From assembly GCA_965287045.1 (NCBI GenBank), contig OZ336877.1, forward strand, positions 57,722,001 through 57,786,000: DNA of 64,000 nt. The letters are read 5' to 3'. The stretch is from Carcharhinus amblyrhynchos (taxonomy: Eukaryota). The notes under the pieces are model-generated. The model saw only the letters and a program-made list of their open reading frames with translations, had not been told where the DNA came from and did not search any database. Position 1 is the first letter of the stretch. Every line of letters begins with the position of its first letter. Shown here piece after piece: positions 37,451 to 49,198 of this stretch. The translations under genes and the position numbers were made by a program.

Positions 37451-40400
37451 TATTGGAGGTTACCTAATGGTAACACAATGGTAGCCTCTCGGTTTATGGC
37501 AGCGGCATAAAATACTTTGATCCAGGATGACATTCTTCAAATGACCTGAATGCGAGACTTTATACAATGGTTATGTTTAATCTGTTGTCTTTAATTCAAG
37601 GCGCAAAATGAAGTAATGGAGATGTGCATGTGATCTCCTAGTAACTCTGCCCAGAGGCAAACTCTGCATAATTTGCTTATAACGGAGAAAACAACCCAAA
37701 CTGAAATTTAATCAAAGCCAAGTGTGATCTGTAACACTTGGACACAAAGGAAAAGGCAGCTGGCCTTACTGCTGCAGCCTTTCAGACTGAAAGAGTTGGG
37801 AAAAAGAGAACCCACAATAGGAACTGCTATGTCAAACAGAAGGTCTACTTTTGAATCAAATGCCAAGTGGAGGGCTGGTGAGGAAGGAACCCACCCCTGA
37901 GGAAACTAAAGATTATGAAAAAGTAGACATCACAGTATCCAGTCAAAACTTTACATTGAGGAGTCCATTCTATTATTTTCAAAAGTTTGAGCGAAAGGGA
38001 ATTGGTTTCAAAGGACACAAAGATTCACCTTTGAAGCAGGGAGAAAAGATTCTGTTAATGTCAGAAAGACTGTAAACTTAGACTGACATGTCTAAGGAGA
38101 ATGCAGTATGATGTATAAATGGTATGGAATTGTGTTAATAAGGAGAGATGTATTTTCTTTGTTTAGTGCTCAAGTAATGTTTGATGTGAATTAAAATTTA
38201 ATTTCTTGCGAAGGATGTAAATTATGAAATTTTGTTCTGCTGTTCTTTGCGTAGGTCACTGGGACTTCATAGTGGTCATTTCAGGGATCATAACTGAAAC
38301 TTCAAAACAAGAGAGGATGATGTTAGTTATATTTTAGGTCATGGAGTTCATTTTACTGTTTGTATGACTTTGATGTGTGCAAATTGGCTGTTTTGTTTGC
38401 CTACAAAACATGACCACACTTCAGAAGCAAATTATTGGTTGTAAAGTGCTCTGAAACATAATATTTTGTTTCTTTAGTAATCTTTCCAGTAGACCTTCAT
38501 CTGCATGCACCTAGTATATCATTCATAATGGAAGTTGTTATAGGGTCAGTCTTTGAAATATTGTACTGACTATAAAAAAAAACACAACTATCTCATCTTT
38601 GTAAAATGTGACAGAACATAAATCAAAGTTCGACATTTCATCACTGTCCAAAAAACAACTTAGCTACTCAAGATTTGTACACTGCAATGCAATCTGAGCA
38701 ATGTTCTAATTATATTTATTACTACAACATGTTTGTTCAAATGTATTATGTCACAGTACATTGACACTACATGCAACCACATGTGTTGACATATTTCACA
38801 AAATTGACTAGAAGTCTTATATTGTGATTATGTTTGATCCCAATTAACTAACAGGAGTATGTTATTCACAAATGACATACCATTGCAGAAAGCACAATTG
38901 TCCTATTATTGTGTGGTAAATTACAAAATACACTCTCAAATTTAAAAATATGATTGATCATGAACCATTAACAAAAGTACCCAGGTCTTATCCAGAGCAC
39001 AGATTGACTGCCTTTTTCTAATGTTTTCCTTAACAGTAATAATGTAACAATTTTTTTTACAATTAATTGACACTGTAACCATCACAAAACTTCCAAAAAT
39101 ATGACAGAACATTCTATATAATTGTTTTTGTCCCAGAGATGAAAATTAGTATTCAAATTTACCAACTCAAAACTTCAAAACTGAAAATTAGGCAATTCAC
39201 CAAAAATTTCAACCTCTTTAAAACATTACCATAATTAGTCTTACTTATAAAAAAAACTTCCTGAAATAGATTGAATATTCAACACACATTAAACAAGGAG
39301 GATTTTGAAAAATAACTTGCAGCAAAACTCATGATCTTTACTCGTCACAAGTCAATAATATTCTGGAGAAAAAGTAAAACTGAAAACAAGAAAAACAAAG
39401 AAAAAATGGAAACAAACTACACATTTATCTGATGTGACATTTTGGCTGTTGCTCTTCTATAAATGTCGGTGTTTGCACATTTTAATTACTAAAACAGCAT
39501 GTACACATAATTGGGTGATTGCAATTTTCCCGGACGAACTGCTGACTCTGTAAATACTCGCTGAATAAAGCGGACACCTAGGCATCGCGTTCAGAAGTGT
39601 TTCACAAACACTTCTATACCCCTGCCCCTGAAGGGAAAGCGCCACCATTTCGTCAGGAGGGTATTGAGCTTTAAAAGCAGCCCACTCCGCAGGTTGTGCA
39701 GTTATAAGCAAACGAAAGATATTGCCCGTTATTTCACAGAGACAGAGTCCCTTTAAAATACAATCCAATTGACTTGTAGCCGTGCTGCTGAAACACGCGT
39801 GCGCACTTCCACACACAGCATCAATCCCCACAGCCCAGCAATTTCACTGAAGGGACTCTCTGCACTTTGTACTTGCTGCTGGCTTCTTCCAATCCACAGA
39901 AATGCCCCTTTTTAATAAAAAGCTGGCTTTCCCGCGGGCTCCTGGACCAAGTTATTCTGTAGATGGCCACAAAGGGTTTTTAAAATCAAAGATGGGAAAA
40001 TCTAACCAAATGATATGTAGCTCAGCGACACTGGAAGTACAGGGGCAGGAGAAAGCTTCACTCAGCAAAGTCCCGTTTCTCCACTGATGGAAACGTTTCC
40101 CGTGTCTCCCCGACATGTCTGACTCTGACAAAATGACAAGTTCACAGCGCCTGTCCAAGGAGATATTTCGCATCTTTTGTTTGAAAGTGATTTGTTAACC
40201 TAATGAAGTTTAACAAGGCAACTCCGGCCAGAAAGAAAATGAACTAATTCCTGCACGATCCAGGAACCATTCCCATTTCCTACTTTAAATGTCACTTCAT
40301 TTGTAAAGCACCATGATCAGTTTACACTGTCAGGTTTCTGATAAGACTGTCCAGTGATAGGAATCCCCACATAATATGCAACCTCGTTTAAGGCGACCTG

Positions 40401-40673
40401 CCCAGTACTTTTAGAGAAGCATGGCATTAGATTTTAACAGCTCACATATTTTACAGAAGCGCCCCCCCCCCCCCCCCGCCTTTTGTTAAGAATTCGCTGC
40501 ATGGAAGCAACCCCAATACTCCTCACTGATTTCATGCATTTTTTTTGTGCGTTACCCCTTTCCAATTTGACATCTGGAGTAACTCCAGCTGCCACCACCT
40601 CCTCCTGTTCACCTGCCATTCCTCATTTGCCGCCTTCTCGCCCATTTCAAATGTGACAATAAATCAGACTCAC

Positions 40674-40739
40674 CTCGAACAGAGGACCTATCCTGTTCTG
40701 CTCCAGGTAGCTTTGAATTCGAGACTGCTGAGACGCCAT
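40674..40739 (-). CDS. c8orf34: C8orf34 (VEST1-like) homolog, first coding exon (start of RIIa/Dpy-30-like dimerisation/docking domain)
   Basis: Minus strand ATGGCGTCTCAGCAG...CTGTTCGAG|gtgagt = MASQQSRIQSYLEQNRIGPLFE, phase-0 consensus donor. Matches my recollection of human C8orf34 [23 protein letters not shown]. Promoter motifs lie immediately upstream. Too short for the ORF track. Confidence 0.88.
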
Positions 40740-40974
40740 CCAAAATATCTTCCCCTGCCTCTGGCTGGGGAACAAATGCTGATTTTTTTTAATGATATAC
40801 AAAAATTGTAAAAGAGAGAGAAAAAATGAAAGAATAACTTTCTTTTACTGCATGCCTAATGTTTCCCCGAATGTTAGTAGGGGCTGCTGCGCTTTGGGTG
40901 ACAGTATGTCTGTGTTGAAGTTGGGGAAGCCGGGGAGCTCCTCCAGCTTGTCTCTCTCAGCCTCAAGTTGTTAG

Positions 40975-41180
40975 TTGCTGTTCCCTGGCAAACACAAGGC
41001 GTTGCGTCTCCCGGCTGCTCCCTAGCGACGGCAGTGTGGAGAGATTCACCTTGCATTGGCCAATGTGCCACTCAATCAGCATACAGCCCCGGTTGGAGAA
41101 TGAAGACTTGTCCAATCGGCGGACACCCGGTCCCCGCCTCCTCAATGTGCCCATTGGCTGCGAACAGCACCAATATCGCC
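40975..41180 (-). promoter_or_regulatory. c8orf34 promoter (CCAAT boxes, GC box, RFX X-box-like sites)
   Basis: attggccaat 41055-41064, ccaat 41112-41116, GC box ccccgcctc 41132-41140, attgg 41153-41157, ccaat 41170-41174; X-box-like gttccctggcaaac ~40980-40993 and gctccctagcgac ~41017-41029; local CpG enrichment. Confidence 0.75.
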
Positions 41181-41579
41181 CTTGGCTTTCGAGTGAGGGA
41201 GAGAAACTGGGCAAGAGGGAAGTTGATATATCATCCAATTTATTTCCCTTTAAGTAATATGTGTTGTCCGCCCGATGAATTATTTATTGATGGTTGGTAT
41301 AAGCAGTAAGCACATGATTATGTTACATAAAGCTGGAAGGACTGCGCCTTCCTGTAAGCTTTGCGAAGTTGAACACAACATTGTTTTGACAGGTTTCAGA
41401 CGTTTGCAAACGGCCAGCTCCTGGTTTTGGACCGACGACTGGAATGTTCCATTCTATCCTCCAAAATCTTCCTTCACTCAACAAAAATAATACAATACCT
41501 ATAGCATAAGAATTAGATTAAATCCAAGTAGAATTTTGCAAATATCTTCCACGCACACTGCCTTTTGTATCAATTACTT

Positions 41580-41810
41580 ATCAGTGTCACAAGTGGGTTT
41601 ACATTAACACTGCAATGAAGTTACAATGAAAATCCCGTAGTTGCCACACTCATGTGCCTGGTCTAGGACACTGGGGGAGAATTTAGAATGGCCAATGCAC
41701 CGAACCAGCACATCTTTCAGATTGGGAGAGGAAATTGGAGCACAGACAATGACCCAAGCTGGGAATCGAAACCAGATCCCTGGTGCTCTGAGACAGGAAT
41801 CACTATGCCA
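41580..41810 (-). mobile_element. V-SINE with alternative tail, internally deleted
   Basis: agtgtcacaagtgggtttacattaacactgcaatgaag...tggccaatgcac...gacccaagctgggaatcgaa. Confidence 0.8.
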
Positions 41811-41899
41811 TATCTTATTAGCAGTAGTTTTCAAACAGGTGAGAAAGCTTTCTAACAGACTAACACTGCTAACAGGAATAGCCATTTCTGCTCTACAGC

Positions 41900-43048
41900 A
41901 TAAGAACATAAGAAATAGGAGCAGGAGTAGGCCAGCTAGCCATTCAAGCCTGCCCCGCCATTCAATAAGATCATGGCTGATCTGAAGTGGACCAGTTCCA
42001 CTTTCCCGCTTTCTCCCCATTTACCTTTAATTCCCCTGTCTATCAGAAACCTATCTACCCGTGACTTAAATATATTCAGCGAGGTAGCCTCCACCATTTC
42101 AACGGGCAGAGAATTCCAGAGGTTCACCACCCTTTGAGTGAAGAAGTTCCTCCTCAATTCTGATCTAAACTGCACCCCCCCCCCTTATCTTGAGGCTGTG
42201 TCCTCTAGTCCTGCTATTCTTTCTAAGCGGGAAGAATCTCTCTACCTCTACCCTATCCATCCCCTTCATTATCTTATACGTCTCTATAAGATCCCCCCTC
42301 ATCCTTCTAAACTCCAACGAGTACAGACCCAGTCTATTCAATCTCTCCTCATAGGCTAACCCACTCATCTCCGGTATCAGCCTAGTGAACCCCCTCTGCA
42401 CTCTCTCCAAGGCCAATATATCCTTGCGCAAGTGCGGCGACCAAAACTGCACACAGTACTCCAACTGTGGCCTCACCAGTACCCAGTACAGTTGCAGCAA
42501 GACCTCCCTACTTTTATATTCTATCCCCCTCGCTATAAAGGCCAGCATCCCATTTGCCTTCTTGATCACCTGCTGCACCTGCAGACTGGGTTTTTGCGAC
42601 TCATGCACAAGGACCCCCAGGTCCCTCTGCACCGTAGCATGCTGCAGCTTTTCACCTTTTAAATAATAATCCCTCCTACTATTATTTCTGCCAAAGTGGA
42701 TAACCTCACACTTGCTAACATTATACTCCATCTGCCAGGTCCTTGCCCACTCGCTCAGCCTATCCAGATCCCTCTGCAGACTTTCCACACCCTCCACGCA
42801 ATTTGCTTTTCTACTCATCTTCATGTCATCAGCAAATTTCATCACCCTACACTCAGCCCCCTCCTCCAGATCATCTATATAAATGGTAAATAGCTGAGGC
42901 CCCAGCACCGATCCCTGCAGCACTCCACTAGTCACCAACTGTCAATCAGAATAGCACCCATTGATACCAACTCTTTGCTTCCTATTAGACAACCAATCCT
43001 CTATCCACGCTGACACCTTCCCCCCAACTCCATGCACCCTAACCTTTA
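41900..43048 (-). mobile_element. Young CR1 LINE, 5'-truncated (~1.15 kb)
   Basis: ORF 42165-42938 VTSGVLQGSVLGPQLF...KFADD...LVRPQLEYCVQFW; frameshift at a poly-C run near 42175; cataagaacataagaaatagg tail. Confidence 0.95.
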
Positions 43049-43137
43049 TAAGGAAACAGACAAAGATTTAGAGCCGTTTCATCCATGCCAAAGAGCTTAA
43101 AATTAATACTTTAAGTCTAAAGATTATCTGCATCAAT

Positions 43138-43293
43138 TAAGAAGTCTTACAACACCAGGTTAAAGTCCAACAGGTTTATTTGATAGTACGAACCTTCAGA
43201 CTGCTGCTCCTTCATCACTCACCTGATGAATGGGGCAGTGCTCGGAAAGCTCACACTACCAAATAAACCTGTTAGACTTTAACTTGGTGTTGT
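43138..43293. mobile_element. Palindromic PLE pLTR derivative with hammerhead motif
   Basis: Inverted arms acaacaccaggttaaagtccaacaggtttatttg and caaataaacctgttagactttaacttggtgttgt; CTGATGA..ggggcagtgctc..GAAAgctc at ~43223-43252 on the plus strand. Confidence 0.85.
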
Positions 43294-43982
43294 CATAGAA
43301 TCATAGAAACGTACAGTGCAGAAGGACGCCATTCAGCTCATCGAGCCTGCACTGACTGCAATCCTACCCAGACCCTAGCCCCATAACCCCATGCATTTAC
43401 CCTCGTCCCCCTGATACTAAGGGGCAATTTAACATGGCCAATCCACTTTGCCCGCACATCTTTGAACTGTGGGAGGAAACCAGAGCACCCGAAGGAAACC
43501 CACATAAATGCGGGGAGAATGTGCAAATGGCGGCATAGTGGTCAGCAGTGCTGCCCCACAGCACCAGGGACCCGGGTTTAATTCTGGCCTCCAGTCATTG
43601 TGCGAACTCCACACAGACATTCTCCCCATATGTGAGTGCATTTCCTCCAGGTATTCCGGTGTCCTCCCACATTCTTTGGATTTGGCAATTGACAATTTAA
43701 TACGGCCAATCAACCTAACCCACAATCTTTGGATTGTGGGTTAGGTTGATTGGCCATAATAAATTGACGCTAGTGTCAGTGGGATTAGCAGGGTAAATAT
43801 GTGGGGTTACGGGAATCGGGCCTGGGAGAGATTGTGGTCAGTGCAGACTCAATGGACCAAATGGCCTCCTTCTGCACTGTAGGGATTCTATTATTCCTCA
43901 CAGGCAGTGACCCAAGCCGGGAATTGAACCCAGGTCTGTGGCATTGTGAGGCAGCAGTGCTAACCATTGTGCCACCATGCCA
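43293..43982. mobile_element. HE1 SINE (minus) with a second, rearranged HE1 (plus, ~43527-43895) nested inside
   Basis: Minus copy tail at 43293 and head at ~43900-43982; plus copy head ggcggcatagtggtcagcagtgctgcc at ~43529 and tail ctgtagggattctattattc at ~43877-43896. Confidence 0.8.
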
Positions 43983-44842
43983 TTCATATGTTGTGAGACT
44001 TATTGCTGTGCCCACCACAGTCCAATGCCAGCATCTTCATTTCATTGCAGCAGCTAAGACAAGGCTGGCTGCAGTACTATAATTGATGCCAAAATGGAAA
44101 AATATTAACTACTTCCAGACGACACTTTCTAAATGCATATTTAAACTATCCTTATATTAGCTTAATCATTGAGATCACCCAATCAATAATTTTCAACTGA
44201 AATACAAATTTAAATACTGCATATGATAGAAATCAGAAACAAAAACTGAAAATGTTTGAAACAGTCTGACGGCATCCATAAAGGAATAATTTTCACAGTT
44301 CAAATATAGCCTTATATCAGAATCAGAAGTTGCAGATAATTGGTGTATAGTGGAAACAGAAGAGGGAAAGGAGAGAATACATCATACACAAGAAAATAAT
44401 GATGTATAAAGTGATTATATGGCGAATTGGAGATGGTTAACTTACTACATACTAGCATAGGGATAAAGGAGGAATGATGTGAGAAGTTAGAGACATTAAA
44501 TAACATACAAGGTATGTGTGAATATTTGATAGCTTTGAGAGGGAAAACATGGTAACATTTCAAAGTGGAATAGGACCCAATGGCCCAAGCATTTGGTGGA
44601 TAGATACCATAGGTTCATGCCACTCCTCCAATTGACCACTAATATTCATCCACTACATCAATTTGTAATCTTCTCCCATCTTCTAAATTGCTGGTATGGT
44701 CACCTTAATTTACTATCAACTGTTGACAGGGAGAAAGTGGGAGCTGTGGTTACTTAAGTTATGTTACAGCCAAATAGTTGCAAAGTGGTGCAGACACAAT
44801 GGACCAAATGGCCCACTTCTGCCCTGTAATAATTCTGTGAAG

Positions 44843-45160
44843 TAGAATCATAGGATCCCTACAGTGCAGGAGGACATTTGGCTCATCGAGTCTGCACTGA
44901 CCACAATCCCACCCAACCCCTAATCCCACAGCCCCAGGTTTTTACCCCATTAGTCCCCCTAACACTGTGACAATTTAGCATGGCCAATCAACCTGATCCA
45001 CACGTCTTTCGACTGTGGGAGGAAACTGAAGCACCCGGAGGAAACCCACACAGACCACAGGGAGAACGTGCAAATTCCACACAGTGGCTCAAGCCAGGAA
45101 TCAAACTCAGTTTCCTGGCATTGTGAGGCAGCAGTGCCAACTACTGTGCCACAGTGCCAC
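44843..45160 (-). mobile_element. HE1-type V-SINE
   Basis: tagaatcataggatccctacagtgcag tail; gactgtgggaggaaactgaagcacccggaggaaaccca core; gaggcagcagtgcc...tgtgccac head. Confidence 0.88.
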
Positions 45161-47787
45161 CCCCGAAAGAAGCCATTTTCCGTGAAAATTGCTGAAAAGT
45201 GCCAAGTTCATAGGTCAGGATTTTCTGACCCAATTCTGTCCCCACCAACAACATTTGCATCTGATTATAAGCTCTGCTTGCCAGAATCATCCCCTCGCGC
45301 TTGATCATCTGGGCATTTTGACATGCAATTAAAATAACTTGTTTCATTATGATACATAAGCAATATGTACCTGGCAACCTGAACTTTATTCATAATTGAG
45401 GTTAATTCACAACCTTAAATTGCAGGCAGCACCACATCATTTTTTGGAGGTGGTGATTCTCAAACGCCAGATCAGCAAGAGACTAGCTTTTCAAGGGCTG
45501 CAAGTCTAAGCCAGTCATAAAGTAGTGGGGTGAACCTGGACTCTGGCAATGGACGGAGCTGCAAGGTTAGGGCTATTCTGGGGAAGGGAAAAATAGACCA
45601 CAGGCAGGAGAAGAGGTTGCAGGGCCAGGACTGTGCTGAGGAAGGGGTGGGGTGGGGGTTGGGGGTTAAATCTCCCAAGGCAGGAAAAGGGGCTGCAGGG
45701 CTACAGCTGCACTGGGGAATACAAATCAGGAAGATTACACTCAGAGCAAGGCTGTGGGGATGTTAGTATCCACAGCACTAGAGAGGGAGAGAGAATGTTG
45801 CAGATTAACATGAGTCATTTTGGACCAGGACGGAAGGAGCACTGAGTGAGGTTGTACTTCAATTTACATTGTTGAGCTTGTAAAAATTATCTTTGCCCCT
45901 GTCCAGGGAGGGAGACGGCATGCTGGTCTCAATCATGTTCAGTATATTGTACACAGGGCATGGAATATCGCAAAGGTCTGCAGGGTGTCTGCCACACCTG
46001 GTATGCTCAGTCAGGGAAGACATCTGGAACCTACAGATGGGGAAAAGACATTGTGGGAGTACCTGAGGATGTGGGGGGGAGGGGGGAGGGCTGCTAAATG
46101 TTTAATTTAAGTGGGCTCAGGATGGGGAGGCGTGAGCTCAACACAGGACATCCATTTCAAAATGTTACGCGTTAACAAATGGATATCCAACTCAGTCACA
46201 ATGGGATTAAGGAATCCAGGGGGAGGATTGGAAGATCTTGGATAGAGGAAAATCTGAACAATAAGTTGCTGAACATTAAGGTGATGAGAGGGCTTTCCAT
46301 ACTCACACAGCAGGGGTCCAAGCTGGAGTTCCAACCTGCAGCAATGGCATAGTACAAAATTAAAATGGGGAGAAGCACTGCTGCTGAGGATCGATTGGCG
46401 GGCACACATTGGAGGTTGGCAGGGGTGAAGAGGTTATCACAGAGGCATCCAACTGAATTGTGCATTCCCAAATAAGACATGTTAAGAGAGTTCGCTGACA
46501 GGAATCAGGGAAGTGAATCAATGAGGCCTGCTCATGCAAGACTAATACTGATAAATAGCACTAATCGATCTCCTTGTTTTAATCCCTTTTCGCAGCATGG
46601 AAATTCCCCAGAGTCCTAATGAACTCCAGAGCAACTGGGAGACTGAACAAATTTCCAAAGACTGACAGAAAGTTGGTGTTAAAAGTTGATTGACAGAAGA
46701 GAAGCCTCAGCTTCCTTCAAATAGTCTAATTTTTTGACTAAGTATTCACCCTCATGTTTATTATTGTTAGTGTGCAGTGAATGAGGATCCCAGCACCTGC
46801 TGAAAGCAGCACATTCAAGCACCTGGACAAAGCAATGTCACAACAGTCAGTCATGTTTGGCAAGGGTGTGGGGATTTTGAGACATGTCTCGCACTGGCAA
46901 TCATTTCAGGGGCAAATGGTTGTTAACATGGGAAAAAAGCCCTTGAACCCACATTCATTGACAAGTCCTTTACAGAAAGAGGACCTTTGGAGACTAATGC
47001 TGACTCTTGCCTGTTTCTCATGATACTGCACAGAGGAGAACAACAAGATGACACTTGCATTTATTCTCTGCATAATCATAAACAGGCAGGAGAGGAGGAG
47101 GAGAAGATTGTGACGGAGGTGCCTGGTCTGCCAAACTGAGCAGCAAACCCTCAAGACCAAGCACCAGCAGAGGCTTCTGGATACAGAGTTTGAGGCACAG
47201 AGATATCATGTCATGCTCGCAAGACCCGGATCTACAGAGCTTGCATCTCTTATCTGCCAATGAGCACAAGACAGCTTTGTTGCTGGCTCTGCATGTTCAG
47301 GGACATGGTTACTCACATTTGTTACATTCTCCAGGAATTGACACCACAGGGATTGGGAGGGCATCCATTGCCAGTGGTTGTGAAAGTAACAGTCACTCTA
47401 AATTCCTACACCAGTGGCTTTCTCCAGACCTCCGCTGGGGATCTCTGTGATATCTCTTAAGTATCCATGCACAAATCCATTCAACAAGTCACAGATGCCC
47501 TTTTTGCCAAGGGCCACAATTGCGTCAATATTAACAGAGATCAAACAAGCCTGGACGCCAGAGCACTGGGCTTTGCTGAGATTGATGTGGATATGCCGAT
47601 TTTGCTGAGATTTCCAGATTTCCACAAGTGCAGGGAGCCATTGGCTACATTAATGTAGCTATAAAAGCTCCATGGCAACAAACACTAATACATAAACTGG
47701 AAAGACTGTCACTCGCTCAGTATATCGCTTGTCTGTGATCACAAGAAAGATCTCATGCAGGTTTGTGCCAAATACTCAGGAAGCATC

Positions 47788-48145
47788 TGGGAGGCAATGG
47801 CTTTGAGATATTACCGCTAAACTATTAATCCAGAACATCAGCTAATGTCTTGGGACTGGGGTTCGAATCCCGCCACAGCAGATGGTGGAATTTGAATTCA
47901 ACAAAAAGTACCTGGAATTAAGACTCTACTGATGGTCATGTCGATTGTCGGAAAAACCCATCTGGTTCACTAATGTCCTTTAAGGAACAAAATTTGCCAT
48001 CTTTACCTGCTTTGACCTACATGTGACTCCAGAACCATGGCAATGTGGTTGCCTCTCAACTGCCCCACAAGGACAACTAAGTATGGGCAATAAATGCTGG
48101 CCAGCCAGCGACATCCATGTCCCATGAATGAATATTAAAAAAAAA
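47788..48145 (+). mobile_element. Deu-domain SINE (SacSINE1-like), near full length
   Basis: tRNA head with B-box ggttcgaatcc; aaaaacccatctggttcactaatgtccttta core; gggcaataaatgctggcc...atgaatgaat-A tail. Confidence 0.8.
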
Positions 48146-48182
48146 TTCATACATCTTGTATAGATCACAGATCCCGGACATT

Positions 48183-49099
48183 GTGAGGCAAATTGTGCGG
48201 AGGGTGTGGAGAGTCTGCAGAAGGATCTAGATAGGCTGGGTGAATGGGCCAGGAAATGGCAAATGGAATTTAATGTTGGCAAGTGTGAGGTGGTCCACTT
48301 TGGTAGGAAGAATGGTAGGAAGGACTATTACTTACGTGGCGAAAAACTGCAGCAGGCGACGGTGCAGAGGGACCTCGGGGTCCTTGTGCATGAGTCGCAA
48401 AAACCCAGCTTGCAGGTGCAGCAGGTGGTCAGGAAGGCGAATGGGATGCTGGCCTTCATAGCGAGGGGGATTGAATATAAAAGTAGGGAGGTCTTGCTGC
48501 AGCTGTATAGGGCATTGGTGAGGCCGCAGCTGGAGTACTGTGTGCAGTTTTGGGCGCCGCACCTGCGCAAGGATATTTTGGCCCTGGAGGGAGTGCAGAG
48601 GAGGTTTACTAGGCTGATACCGGAGTTGAGGGGATTGAGCTATGAGGAGAGGCTGAATAAACTAGGCTTGTACTCGTTAGAGTTTAGAAGAATGAGGGGA
48701 GATCTCATTGAGACGTATAAGATGATGAATGGGATGGATAGGATAGAGGTGGAGAGACTCTTCCCGCTCAAAAAAGACAGTAGGACTAGGGGGCACAGCC
48801 TCAAGATAAAGGGGAGGCGGTTTAGAACGGAGTTGAGGAGGAACTTCTTCACTCAAAGGGTGGTGAATCTCTGGAATTCTCTGCCCGTTGAAGTGGTGGA
48901 GGTTGCCTCGCTAAATATTTTTAAGAAGCGGGTTGATGGGTTCTTGATAAGAGAGGGGATTAAGGGTTATGGGGAGAGGGCGGGAAAGTGGAACTGAGCC
49001 ACAACAGATCAGCCATGATCTTATTGAATGGTGGGGCAGGCTCGAAGGGCTAGATGGCCTACTCCTGCTCCTATTTCTTATGTTCTTATGTTCTTATGT
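48183..49099 (+). mobile_element. Young CR1 LINE, 5'-truncated, open ORF2 C-terminus
   Basis: ORF 48206-48997 (263 aa) uninterrupted to the natural stop; (ttcttatg)n tail. Confidence 0.96.
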
Positions 49100-49198
49100 A
49101 CATCTTCAAGGGGATACAGGTCTGTTTCTTCAATGACAAAGGGCAAAGGATGTAGCTAATGATGCCCTTGCTGTGGTTTCACAGTCCTGCAGAGAGAA

